From: Longimicrobiales bacterium
GTDB lineage: Bacteria > Gemmatimonadota > Gemmatimonadetes > Longimicrobiales > Gaopeijiaceae
Assembly: GCA_965249725.1 (NCBI GenBank)
Contig: CBDFMQ010000002.1
Span: 1,696,001-1,760,000 of the forward strand
Reading direction: 5' to 3'
Length of the DNA stretch: 64,000 bases
This document shows, piece after piece, positions 30,378 through 39,837 of this stretch (position 1 is the first letter of the stretch; each line of letters starts with the position of its first letter). The notes under the pieces were generated by a model. It ran no database searches. It was not told where the DNA came from and saw only the letters and a list, made by a program, of their open reading frames with translations. The translations under genes and the position numbers were made by a program.

Positions 30378-31325
30378 TCAGTTGTCTTCTTGTGCAGAAT
30401 CAATCTGGTGCAGACGCACCGGTTCGAGCTGGAAGGTCACATGCTCGATGCCCCGCGCTCCCATACGCTCTCGTATCTCGTCCAGCACCGCCTGATGGCG
30501 AGTCGGATCCTCCAGGACACCGTGCCCGCTCAGCGCGACGAACCCACTGGTTAGTGTCCAGACATGGAGGTCGTGCACATCCTCCAGATTGGGGATCGCC
30601 CTCAGCTCCTTTAGCACCTCCGTCATGTCTACATGTCGAGGCACCATCTCGAGGAGTACTTCCGTCGCCTCTCTGACGAGTCGCCACGCCCCCAAGAGGA
30701 TGAGTCCCGCAATGATGATCGAAGCCAGTGGATCGGCCGGAGTCCATCCGGTAAGCAGGATTATGGCGCCGGCGCCGATGGCACCCACGGATCCGAGCAG
30801 ATCGCCCAGTACGTGGAGGTAGGCACCTCGGACGTTGAGGTTGTCGCCGGCGTGCTCCTTGAGCAGGCCGGCCCCGGCCAGATTCACGAGAAGGCCCAAT
30901 ACGGCCACCACCATCATCAAGGGCGCATCGACCTCTTGAGGCGCCTGCAATCTGCTCCAGGCCTCCCAGGCAATCCAAACACTGATACCGAGAAGGACCG
31001 CTCCGTTTATCAGCGCAGCCAGAATCTCCAGGCGAACGTATCCGAAGGTCCGCTCCTGGCTCGGGGGACGCATCGCCAGGTGCATGGCGATCAGGGACAA
31101 CGCCAGCGCCAGCACATCGGTGAGCATGTGGCCCGCGTCGGCCAGCAGGGCGAGGGAGTTCGACAGCACTCCACCGACCAACTCGGCGACCATGAAGCCA
31201 CCGGTGATGAGCAGTACGATCCACAGCCGGCCCGCTTGAGAGCGGCGATCTACGACGCTGTCCTCGAGGTCCTGGCGTCGGGCGCCGAAAGCGTGTCGAT
31301 ACGAGGATCCGTGGACGTGACGCAT
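30378..31325 (-). CDS. Cation diffusion facilitator (CzcD/ZitB-like)
   Basis: SLALLADAGHMLTD, AYLHVLGD, HDLHVW. Confidence 0.92.
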   Translation of the reverse strand: MRHVHGSSYRHAFGARRQDLEDSVVDRRSQAGRLWIVLLITGGFMVAELVGGVLSNSLALLADAGHMLTDVLALALSLIAMHLAMRPPSQERTFGYVRLEILAALINGAVLLGISVWIAWEAWSRLQAPQEVDAPLMMVVAVLGLLVNLAGAGLLKEHAGDNLNVRGAYLHVLGDLLGSVGAIGAGAIILLTGWTPADPLASIIIAGLILLGAWRLVREATEVLLEMVPRHVDMTEVLKELRAIPNLEDVHDLHVWTLTSGFVALSGHGVLEDPTRHQAVLDEIRERMGARGIEHVTFQLEPVRLHQIDSAQEDN

Positions 31326-31337
31326 GGTTCTAGCTGG

Positions 31338-32663
31338 CTACCTTTGCGGCCTGTGGATCAGGCGATGTATGGCGGGCGACTCCATACTCAGGAGCGCCCG
31401 CTTCAAGAGGATGGGACCACCCATGATGTTACCGATGATGACCGCCATCCCGAGAGCGACGATGCCGGAGCCCACCGCCGGGTAGGTGTCCTGGATGACC
31501 AGCACCAGCCCGAGAGTCACTCCGCCCTGGGACAATAAGCCCTGCCAGGTCTTCTGGCTGATCTCCGGCCGAGCCCCCGCACGCGCGAGTCCTACTCGCG
31601 CGCCCCAGTAAGTAAGTGCGGCGCGCCCTGAGAAGAGGATGAGCGCGGCGAGCCAGAACTGACGCACCGCCCCGAGATCGAGGCGAGCCCCGGCCACGAC
31701 GAAGAAGAACGCGAAGATCACCACCGCGACGGATTGGATCCCACGGAGCATACGATCGCCCGCGGGGGAGAGGTTCTCGATCACGAATCCCGCGGCGACA
31801 CCCGTCAGCAGGAGCTCGACCCCGAGCCGCTCGGCCACCACCACGAGCACATAGGCGAACAGGAACGTCGCCACCGGCGGCCGGTGGCGGACCTGGTCGT
31901 CACCCAGGTAGATCGAGAACACCCAGCCCAGGCCCGCCCCCACGACCAGCGCCCCGCCCACCTCCTGCGCCAGATGTAGAAGCGCCATGCTGTCGAAGTG
32001 CTCACCGGGATTCAGCAAGGGCGCGACCAGCGCCATCGTCAGGGTGAAGAACACGATGACCACCACGTCCTTCACGATAGTGACGCCGAGAATGACGTCG
32101 GCCAGCGGGCCGCTAGTATGCATCTCCTTGATGACCGCCACCGTGAGGTCCGGAGACGAGTTCGCCGACCAGATGCCCAGGAGCAGCCCCACCGCCACCA
32201 CCCCCGAGAACGGTAGGTCCACTAGGAACGGGACCAGCGGACGCATCAGCACGACCAATACGGCGATCCCGATCCAGACGATGACCGTCACCGAGAGCGT
32301 GGCGTAGAGGATGTTCCGAGCCTGAGGCTTGAGCTGCGACAGCTTGAGCTCTCCCCCGGCCATCAGAGCGATGAGCGCCAGGGCGAATTCGTCGATGAGC
32401 GCCAACTCCTCGACCGCCTCGGGCGACATGAGTCCCAGAATGGAGGGACCGGCCACAATGCCCACAATGAGGTAGCCCGTCAGCCGAGGAAGTCCTGACG
32501 ATGCGGCCAGACTTCCCGCCACGTTGGCGATCAGCAGCACGAAGCCGATGAGCACCGCCAACTCCGCACCCGGGAACGCGGGCTCCGTGGCTGCGAAGGC
32601 CACGAACGTGATCCCGAAGAGCAGGAGCAGCGTCAGGGATAGGCCGATTACTCTCACGAACAA
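31338..32663 (-). CDS. Cation:proton antiporter (CPA) family
   Basis: Polytopic; LPRLTGYLIVGIVAGP, FFVVAGARLD, SQGGV. Confidence 0.85.
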   Translation of the reverse strand: MFVRVIGLSLTLLLLFGITFVAFAATEPAFPGAELAVLIGFVLLIANVAGSLAASSGLPRLTGYLIVGIVAGPSILGLMSPEAVEELALIDEFALALIALMAGGELKLSQLKPQARNILYATLSVTVIVWIGIAVLVVLMRPLVPFLVDLPFSGVVAVGLLLGIWSANSSPDLTVAVIKEMHTSGPLADVILGVTIVKDVVVIVFFTLTMALVAPLLNPGEHFDSMALLHLAQEVGGALVVGAGLGWVFSIYLGDDQVRHRPPVATFLFAYVLVVVAERLGVELLLTGVAAGFVIENLSPAGDRMLRGIQSVAVVIFAFFFVVAGARLDLGAVRQFWLAALILFSGRAALTYWGARVGLARAGARPEISQKTWQGLLSQGGVTLGLVLVIQDTYPAVGSGIVALGMAVIIGNIMGGPILLKRALLSMESPAIHRLIHRPQR

Positions 32664-32789
32664 GGGCTCTTGGTGGATGGTCGAGGAACGAAGGGTACGG
32701 GGGCTTGCGCGTGCACTCTGCTCGCCCTCTCGTGTCGGTCAACTTACTGCGGAGCCTACAAGAGTGCAGCCCTCACCCTGTCACCACGC

Positions 32790-33140
32790 ATGACGCCCCT
32801 CACCCGACGCGTATACGCCGTGGTATCGGCGATCCCGCGGGGCCGGATCCTCTCCTACGGGGACGTCGCCGCCCTGGCGGGACGACCCCGAGCGCCCAGG
32901 GCGGTAGGTGCAGCACTCTCGTCCCTCCCGGACGATATGAACGTGCCGTGGTGGCGCGTGGTGAACAGTACGGGCAAGATCTCTACGCCCGGGATCCACC
33001 ACACGGCCCAGGTTCAGCGAGCCCTGCTGGAAGAAGAGGGGGTGACCTTCAGCACCGGCGGCCACATCGACTGGGACCGCTTCGGATGGTCCGCTGACGA
33101 TGACCTGATCGACCGACTCCTAGAGGAACTCGACGCTTGA
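32790..33140 (+). CDS. Alkyltransferase-like (ATL/MGMT family) DNA-binding protein
   Basis: IPRGRILSYGDVA, PRAVG, PWWRV (no catalytic Cys). Confidence 0.88.
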   Translation: MTPLTRRVYAVVSAIPRGRILSYGDVAALAGRPRAPRAVGAALSSLPDDMNVPWWRVVNSTGKISTPGIHHTAQVQRALLEEEGVTFSTGGHIDWDRFGWSADDDLIDRLLEELDA

Positions 33141-34417
33141 ACCATATCGCAACCGCACTCGGTCTGATCCTTGGCCTCGTGGTCGGGCTCGTCGCCGCGG
33201 CCACGGACATCGGCATACTGGATGGGTTCGCCGAAGGGGTCGCCCCTCTCGGCACCCTGTTCATCAACGCGATCCGCATGGTCGTGATCCCGCTGGTCGT
33301 CACGACGATCTTCGTGGGTGTGGCTCGGCTCGGGAATCCGCGGACCCTGGGGAAGCTGGGCGGCTCCGCGCTCGGTTTTTTCTGGGGGACCACCATTCCC
33401 GCCATCATCATCGGCATGGCGTTCATGAAGGTGGCCCTCGGGATCTGGCCGGCTTCGGTGCAGGCCGCCGCGACCGGCGACGCACCCCCGGAGATCCCGG
33501 GACTCCTGGACTTCGTGATGCGACTCATCCCGGCGAACCCGTTCTCAGCCGCGTCCGAGGGGGCGCTGCTCCCGCTCATCGTGTTCTCCCTTCTGGTGGC
33601 AGCCGCCGCCGGAGCCCTCAGTGAGGATCGTCGGGAACGGTTGATCACCCTGGCAGAGGACATCAGCGCGGTGTTCGTGAAGCTCATCGACTGGATCCTG
33701 TGGACCGCCCCGGTCGGGGTGTTCGGCCTCACCGCGCCGGTCATGGCTCGCATGGGACTCGGGCTGCTCGCCGGCCTGGCGGTCTTCGTGGCGACCGTCA
33801 TCGTGGGACTCTTCGTCTTCATGGCTCTCTTCTACATCCCGTTGGTGCGTTTCCTCGGACGGAAAGGACCCGGTGAGTTCATCCGGGGGGTGGTCGGGAG
33901 CTACACCATCGGATTCTCGACCACGAGTTCGGTGGCTTCGTTGCCGGTCATCTTCGAGGACGCCGAGGGACTGGGCGTGTCGCCTCCGGTGGCGTCTCTG
34001 GTGCTTTCTCTCGGGGCGGCGATCAACCGTGCCGGCAGCGCGTTGTTTCAAGGGGCTGCGGTGGTCTTCCTGGCCGCGATTTCCGGCGTCTCGCTTTCCG
34101 GGAGCGCGCTGATCGCGGCGGGCATGGTGGGCTTCCTGGTGGCCATGTCGGTGGCGCCGGTCCCGTCGGCGAGCATCGTGACGCTGGCCCCGATCCTCGA
34201 GGCGGCCGGTGTGCCGTTGACCGGACTCGGCATCCTTCTGGGCATCGATCGCATCCCTGACATGTTCCGAAGCGCCACCAACATCACCGGGCACGTGGCT
34301 TGCGCGGTGGTCGTGGAAGGGATCGTAGGTGGCGAGGTGACCGCGACGGATCAGGCTGCGGTGGAGAGGATTGCGGGTGTGGGTGGCGGGCCAGATACCG
34401 GACCCGCGGTCGGCTAG
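33137..34417 (+). CDS. Dicarboxylate/amino acid:cation symporter (DAACS)
   Basis: FSTTSSVASLP, IDRIPDMFRSATNITG. Confidence 0.92.
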   Translation: MNHIATALGLILGLVVGLVAAATDIGILDGFAEGVAPLGTLFINAIRMVVIPLVVTTIFVGVARLGNPRTLGKLGGSALGFFWGTTIPAIIIGMAFMKVALGIWPASVQAAATGDAPPEIPGLLDFVMRLIPANPFSAASEGALLPLIVFSLLVAAAAGALSEDRRERLITLAEDISAVFVKLIDWILWTAPVGVFGLTAPVMARMGLGLLAGLAVFVATVIVGLFVFMALFYIPLVRFLGRKGPGEFIRGVVGSYTIGFSTTSSVASLPVIFEDAEGLGVSPPVASLVLSLGAAINRAGSALFQGAAVVFLAAISGVSLSGSALIAAGMVGFLVAMSVAPVPSASIVTLAPILEAAGVPLTGLGILLGIDRIPDMFRSATNITGHVACAVVVEGIVGGEVTATDQAAVERIAGVGGGPDTGPAVG

Positions 34418-34481
34418 ATCTCCAGCCCGGAGTCCAGCAACTCCTTCGGCGTCCGAGCCGGGATGGGGCGGGGTCCGGCTG

Positions 34482-34877
34482 CTACCGATTCGCCAGGGTC
34501 AGCAATTCGTTCGCCCCCAGCAGCCGCTCGTCCGCCGTGACCAGCGTCAGGTCGTACACGACCGCTGTCGCGGCAAGAAAACGGGCGGCCGGATCGGCAT
34601 GGTCGAACCCGAACCGTCGACTCTGCTGCGCCACCGCATGCGTAAGGGGTGCCTCACGGAAGGGTCCCGCCTTCAACATCCGGGAGACAAAAACCTGCGG
34701 TTCGGCCTCCACGGACACGCGCCCGCGCTCGATGAGCATCAACGTCTCCCAGGTGCTGATCGGAGAAAGCCAGAGCTCGTTGTCGCTGGACTCCAGGGCG
34801 AGGCGCACCCCGTCGGTCAGGCGTCCAGGTTCGATCAGACTCCAGATCCAGATGTGCGTGTCGAGGAGCAGCTTCAC
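34482..34877 (-). CDS. vapC: VapC/PIN toxin
   Basis: LLLDTH, SPISTWE, DPAAR, LVTAD; GTGA overlap with antitoxin. Confidence 0.88.
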   Translation of the reverse strand: MKLLLDTHIWIWSLIEPGRLTDGVRLALESSDNELWLSPISTWETLMLIERGRVSVEAEPQVFVSRMLKAGPFREAPLTHAVAQQSRRFGFDHADPAARFLAATAVVYDLTLVTADERLLGANELLTLANR

Positions 34878-35128
34878 CTCTGTAGAGCCTCCCATTCGAC
34901 GGGGGAGACCACGGACCCCACGACGTCACCCTCGACAGTCGCCTGCTTGGCTAGGGCGCCCACCCACTCGGCGTCTTGGGCGGACGGCCCCAGCGGAACC
35001 ACCTCGGCGATCGGCTGACCCCGACGCGTGATGAGCACGGGCCGACCGGTGCGCCGCACACGCTCGAGCACGGCCAGGCATGTGGCCTTGAACTTCGAGA
35101 TGGCCATTACTTCGATGTCTTCCTTCAT
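34874..35128 (-). CDS. Phd/YefM antitoxin
   Basis: ISKFKATCLAVLERVRRTGRPVLITRRGQPIA. Confidence 0.9.
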   Translation of the reverse strand: MKEDIEVMAISKFKATCLAVLERVRRTGRPVLITRRGQPIAEVVPLGPSAQDAEWVGALAKQATVEGDVVGSVVSPVEWEALQR

Positions 35129-35152
35129 GATCGGAAGTTAATTGATAGTGGT

Positions 35153-35176
35153 CTATGGTCAATGACTATGGTCATT
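35153..35176. promoter_or_regulatory. Putative TA operator
   Basis: Palindrome AATGAC-TATG-GTCATT (35161-35176) and CTATGGTCA direct repeat in an AT-rich promoter region. Confidence 0.6.
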
Positions 35177-35384
35177 ATATCAATACGTCTTTTATTTGTT
35201 GCACTCTGGTTTGTAGATGTCGGAAAATGCTCTTCGCGCGGGGCGACGGAATGGCTCACCGAACCGCGAAGCCCCCCACCCGCGGGGTGGCAATCAGTAG
35301 GCGCCGTGGATTACACTGTCCCCCCAGACGCCGATGTGCGTTGGTACGACAGACCCCGAGATCCGCGAGACCAGGGAGAAGACC

Positions 35385-36614
35385 ATGAGCCGACACCCCA
35401 TAACGCGCCGCGACGCACTGAAGACGGGAGCGGGGGCTGCGGTCCTGGGCGTAGTGGCTCCAACGGGGCTCGCCGGCGGCCAAGGCCCGACGGCCCAGAC
35501 CCCCGACGTTTACGCAGCCCTGGGCATCCCCACGATCATCAACGCGGCCGGAACCATCACCAACTGGGGTGGGTCCCTCATGCCCCCAGAGGTGACCGCG
35601 GCGTGGCACGCGGCCTCCCGGAACTTCGTCGACCTCCGGACGCTTCAGGACCGCGTGGGTGAGCGCATCGCCGAGCGGCTGGGAGTAGAGGCGGCTCTCG
35701 TCACCTCGGGCGCGGCGGGGGGCATCATGCTCGGCACGGCCGCCGCCGTGACGTACAAGGACCACGACCTCATTCGTGAACTCCCGCTGCCCCCGGAGCG
35801 AGGGCTCGAGGTCATCCGCCAGGCCACCCACGTGGACTGTTACGACAACCAGGTGAAGGCAAGTGGTGTGAGGCTGGTCGACGTTGAAACGCGAGCAGAT
35901 CTGGACCGGGCCATCAACGATCGCACGGTCATGATGCTGTCCTACAACTTCTTGGAGGAAGAGGGGCAGATCTCGCGCGAGGAGTGGGTCGAGGTGGCGC
36001 GCCGCCGGGGCATCCCGACACTGATCGACGCGGCCGCCGACACACCACCCCGTGAGCGCCTGTGGGAGTACGTGAACATGGGCTACGACATGGTGATCTT
36101 CAGCGGAGGCAAGGCCATGCGTGGACCCCAGGATACAGGCCTGCTCCTTGGCCGCCGCGACCTCATCGAGACCGCGAAGCTGAACACCTCACCCCGCTGC
36201 TGGAACATCGGCCGCGGCATGAAGGTGAGCAAAGAAGACATGGTGGCCATGTGGGCTACGGTCGAGCGATTCATGAGCCTCGACATGGCGGCGGAAGACC
36301 GTGAATGGCGGAGGCGCATCGACGCCATCGCGGACGCCCTGCGGGACATCCCCACTACCACGTTCGAGACGGTCATGCCGTTGATCGCGAACGAGGTACC
36401 CCACCTGCTCATCCGCTGGGACGAACAGCGGCTCGGTGTGACCCCCGATGAGATGAAGGCCGCGCTCGCCGAGGGGGATCCCTCCATCGTTACGGCTCGT
36501 ATCCACGGCACCGGCGAGGGGGGATTCGTAATCTCCGTCTTCATGCTCGCCCCGGGAGAAGAGGTCATCGTGGCGAACAGGCTCCGCCAGATCCTGGAGA
36601 GGACTACGGCATGA
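35385..36614 (+). CDS. SelA/DgaE-like PLP-dependent enzyme with Tat signal
   Basis: TRRDALK, IINAAGT, IDAAA, FSGGKAMRGPQ, GRGMKV. Confidence 0.85.
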   Translation: MSRHPITRRDALKTGAGAAVLGVVAPTGLAGGQGPTAQTPDVYAALGIPTIINAAGTITNWGGSLMPPEVTAAWHAASRNFVDLRTLQDRVGERIAERLGVEAALVTSGAAGGIMLGTAAAVTYKDHDLIRELPLPPERGLEVIRQATHVDCYDNQVKASGVRLVDVETRADLDRAINDRTVMMLSYNFLEEEGQISREEWVEVARRRGIPTLIDAAADTPPRERLWEYVNMGYDMVIFSGGKAMRGPQDTGLLLGRRDLIETAKLNTSPRCWNIGRGMKVSKEDMVAMWATVERFMSLDMAAEDREWRRRIDAIADALRDIPTTTFETVMPLIANEVPHLLIRWDEQRLGVTPDEMKAALAEGDPSIVTARIHGTGEGGFVISVFMLAPGEEVIVANRLRQILERTTA

Positions 36615-37579
36615 AGCGCCGAGGCAGAGTGACCGATCGTCCGTTCTCAGCTCTCGCCATCGCGCTTCTTGCATCCGGAGTTCACGCGTGTTCGCCACCC
36701 GACTCGGGTGCGGATGCAGAAGGAGCGCGGGCGGCCGGGCTCACGAAGAAGGTTCTCCTCATCGGACTCGACGGGGTTCGCCCCGACATCCTGGCAGAGG
36801 TCGCGACCCCGAACATCGACGCCCTGATCAGCGACGGCGCCTTCAGTTCCAGCGCACGTACCGGCTACCCGAGCGTGAGTGGACCCGGCTGGTCCAGCAT
36901 GCTCATCGGAGTCTGGCCCGAGAAGCATGGCGTCACGAACAACGACTTCGAGAACAAGCACTACGACGAGTACCCCGATTTCCTGACCCGTATCGAGTCC
37001 GTTCGGCCGGAGCTGAACACGTTTGCGGTTGCCGACTGGCTCCCCATGGTCACGGACGACCACAACGGGCCCATCATCGGCGAGGCCCCCGACGTCAAGC
37101 ACATCCTCAATGGGTACGAGTTGGGTTGGGCCGAGGCGGACGAGCGATCCGTGGAACTGGCGGTCGAACACCTTGGATCCGGCGACCCGGACGCCATGTT
37201 CGTCTATCTGGGCAACCCCGACGAGACCAGCCACCACTTCGAGTCCATCGGCGAGGAGTACCGGGGGGCGATCGGGCTGTCGGATGAGCACGTGGGTCGC
37301 TTGCTGACAGCCGTCCGGGCTCGCCCGACCTATGCTCAGGAGGACTGGCTCATCCTCATGAGCACCGACCACGGCCGCACATCAGACGGGGACCATGGCG
37401 GAGACACTCCCGAGGAGCGCACGATCTTCTACCTGGCCAGCGGTCCGTCCACCACGGTGGGAGTCCTCGAGGGCACGCCGTCCATCGTGGATGTGCCGGT
37501 TACCGCCCTGGCGCACCTCGGCATAGACGTCGATCCGGCGTGGTCACTCGACGGTGAGGTGGTGGGCCTAGCGCGCTAG
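36611..37579 (+). CDS. Alkaline phosphatase/nucleotide pyrophosphatase superfamily lipoprotein
   Basis: VHAC lipobox, IGLDGVRPD, SGPGWSS, DETSH, STDHG. Confidence 0.85.
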   Translation: MKRRGRVTDRPFSALAIALLASGVHACSPPDSGADAEGARAAGLTKKVLLIGLDGVRPDILAEVATPNIDALISDGAFSSSARTGYPSVSGPGWSSMLIGVWPEKHGVTNNDFENKHYDEYPDFLTRIESVRPELNTFAVADWLPMVTDDHNGPIIGEAPDVKHILNGYELGWAEADERSVELAVEHLGSGDPDAMFVYLGNPDETSHHFESIGEEYRGAIGLSDEHVGRLLTAVRARPTYAQEDWLILMSTDHGRTSDGDHGGDTPEERTIFYLASGPSTTVGVLEGTPSIVDVPVTALAHLGIDVDPAWSLDGEVVGLAR

Positions 37580-39709
37580 GCTGATGGTCTTCGGACTCTT
37601 CAGGTACTGATCGAACCATCCGAGTTCGTTCATCGCCCGGTGCACCTGGTTCCAGTGGCCCCGAATCCCGTGTGATTGGCCGTTATAGAGCAGGAACTTG
37701 GCCGGAACCCCGTTCTTCTTGAGGGCGAAGTACATCTGCTCACCCTCCTCGAAGGGCACGCGGTGATCCACCTCACCGTGTACGAACAGCGTCGCTGCTT
37801 GGGCCTGGCCGGCATAGATGAGCGGCGACTGCCGGAGCAGCCGTTCCCTGCCCTCTTCCGTCCAGGGCGTGCCGAAGAACTCCGTCTCCTTCGTTCGGGC
37901 AACGTCCGCCGTCCCGTAGTCGCTCATCCAATTCGAGATTCCGGCTCCCACGGCGGCAGCCGCGAAGCGATCGGGGTACCGGGTGATGAGCCAGTTGCTC
38001 ATGAACCCACCGTAGGAATGGCCGATCGTGGCGACGCGATCCTCATCGGTTGAGTAGTGCTCCAGGGCGTAGTCCACGCCGGACATCACGTCCTCGCCGT
38101 CCTTGTCTCCCCAGGCTCCCCAGGTCGCCCATAGGAAGTCCTCTCCATAGCCCGTGGAGCTTCGGAAGTTGGTCTGAAGCACGACGTATCCGTTTGCCGC
38201 GAACAATTGGTGCTTGAAGTTGAAGCCGTAGCCCGAGGCCGAGTGCGGGCCGCCGTGGCTGTGGACGATGAGCGGGTACGGACCCTGGGCCGGGTCGTAT
38301 CCATGCGGCAGCATGACCCACCCCTCGATCTCCGTTCCGTCGTAGCTCGGGAACCGGATCCGTTCCGCTGAGCTGAACGCGATCTCATCCGTGAGACGGT
38401 CGTGAACGCGGGTCAGTTGGCGCTCCCCGCTCCCGTCCACACTGGAGACGAACAGCTCCGACGGAGCATCGAAGCGCCCAACCAGATAGGCGATCTTGGA
38501 AGCGCCTTCATCCATCGTGAGTCCGCCAAGACGCCTCTCACCATGGGTCATCTGCTCTACCCCGCTCCCATCGGCCGCAGCCCGGAACAGGTGGCTCTCT
38601 CCACCGATGCCGGCCGAGAAATAGACGTAGCGCCCGTCGGGGCTCCAGCGGGGTGACCCGGGCCGCAGGTCCCAGTCGGCCGTGAGGTTCACCGACTCTC
38701 CGCTCGCCGGGTCCAGTGCCATTAGGTCGGTGGGACCTCCGTGGCCGATCCGGTCGGCGATGACCCAGTCCGTGGCGTATCGACGCATGTATGCGATCGT
38801 GCGTCCGTCCGGCGAATAGGCCGGCTGGCCGAGCGAGTATCGCATGTCACGGGTCAGACGGGTCACTGCACCGTCGAGAGACACGGTCCACAGGTCGCTC
38901 CGGCCGTACGTCCACTCGTCCCTGTACGCCGAGTCGGCGGCGAAGACGAGGGCACGCCCGTCGGGTCGCCAATTCAGGCCGGCGGGTCTCAATCCCAGGT
39001 CGGTCAGCATGCGCTCCGGGGCGCCCGGCGCCTCGGCGATGGCCACCTCGAGAGGAGGGGTCGCGGCCGGGTCGGTGGGATCGATGGTCGGCATGGGCTG
39101 TCGGTCGCGTTGGAAGTACATCCAGCTCCACGAGCGACCGTCGAAGCGCTCCTCGTGGCGCCGCTCGAAGTCGGAGGCATAGTTCACCTCGACCTCCGGC
39201 ACGCTCTCCGGAACCAGAGACGCGACGGCGCTCCCATCCGAGTTCGGGATGGTACTGAGGGCCTCAATACGTAGCACGTTGCGTGAGCCCGGGCTCGACT
39301 TAGGGGCTACGGCGAACGCGTTCTCCCCCGATACGTATCGCAGCAGCCCGTCGGGCCCCCAGGAAGGGGCGGAGGCCTGCACGCCCGCCGGGCTCATGCG
39401 GCTCGGTCCCGCATCTGCCGCTGTGGAGACGACCCACACCTCACTCGGGCTGGAGTTGTCGTCCTCCACCCTGGAAACGAGCGCGTAGGCGACCCACTCC
39501 CCGTCAGGGGAAATGACCGGCGATGCGATGGTCTGAATGCTGTAGTAGTCCTCGATCACCAAGGGCCGGCCACCGGTCTGAGCCGTGGCCTTCCCGGGGC
39601 TCAGCAGCGCAGCGAGCAGCAATACGGCTCGCGCGATCACGCGCGGTGCACTAGCGGAGATCCGCCATTCACTATGGGTGCGGGACGATGTGGGCCGGTG
39701 CACGCTCAT
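37568..39709 (-). CDS. S9 family peptidase with beta-propeller
   Basis: SPDG repeats, HGGPH, GHSYGG, HGEVDHRV. Confidence 0.9.
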   Translation of the reverse strand: MSVHRPTSSRTHSEWRISASAPRVIARAVLLLAALLSPGKATAQTGGRPLVIEDYYSIQTIASPVISPDGEWVAYALVSRVEDDNSSPSEVWVVSTAADAGPSRMSPAGVQASAPSWGPDGLLRYVSGENAFAVAPKSSPGSRNVLRIEALSTIPNSDGSAVASLVPESVPEVEVNYASDFERRHEERFDGRSWSWMYFQRDRQPMPTIDPTDPAATPPLEVAIAEAPGAPERMLTDLGLRPAGLNWRPDGRALVFAADSAYRDEWTYGRSDLWTVSLDGAVTRLTRDMRYSLGQPAYSPDGRTIAYMRRYATDWVIADRIGHGGPTDLMALDPASGESVNLTADWDLRPGSPRWSPDGRYVYFSAGIGGESHLFRAAADGSGVEQMTHGERRLGGLTMDEGASKIAYLVGRFDAPSELFVSSVDGSGERQLTRVHDRLTDEIAFSSAERIRFPSYDGTEIEGWVMLPHGYDPAQGPYPLIVHSHGGPHSASGYGFNFKHQLFAANGYVVLQTNFRSSTGYGEDFLWATWGAWGDKDGEDVMSGVDYALEHYSTDEDRVATIGHSYGGFMSNWLITRYPDRFAAAAVGAGISNWMSDYGTADVARTKETEFFGTPWTEEGRERLLRQSPLIYAGQAQAATLFVHGEVDHRVPFEEGEQMYFALKKNGVPAKFLLYNGQSHGIRGHWNQVHRAMNELGWFDQYLKSPKTISLAR

Positions 39710-39837
39710 GGTTCCTCCTGACAAGGGGCCGACGGGACCTGCAAATGGCCGGGACGGCCACCGATCGTCAAGCCGGATCGTCAAGCCGGATCGGATGCAC
39801 TACAATGCAGTCCTCACGGACCGGTATGGAGGTCAGA

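Noticed and set aside
35385..36614. selA (selenocysteine synthase) call
   Set aside because: Tat-like leader, no selB/selC/selD nearby; fits the SelA-like/DgaE group better
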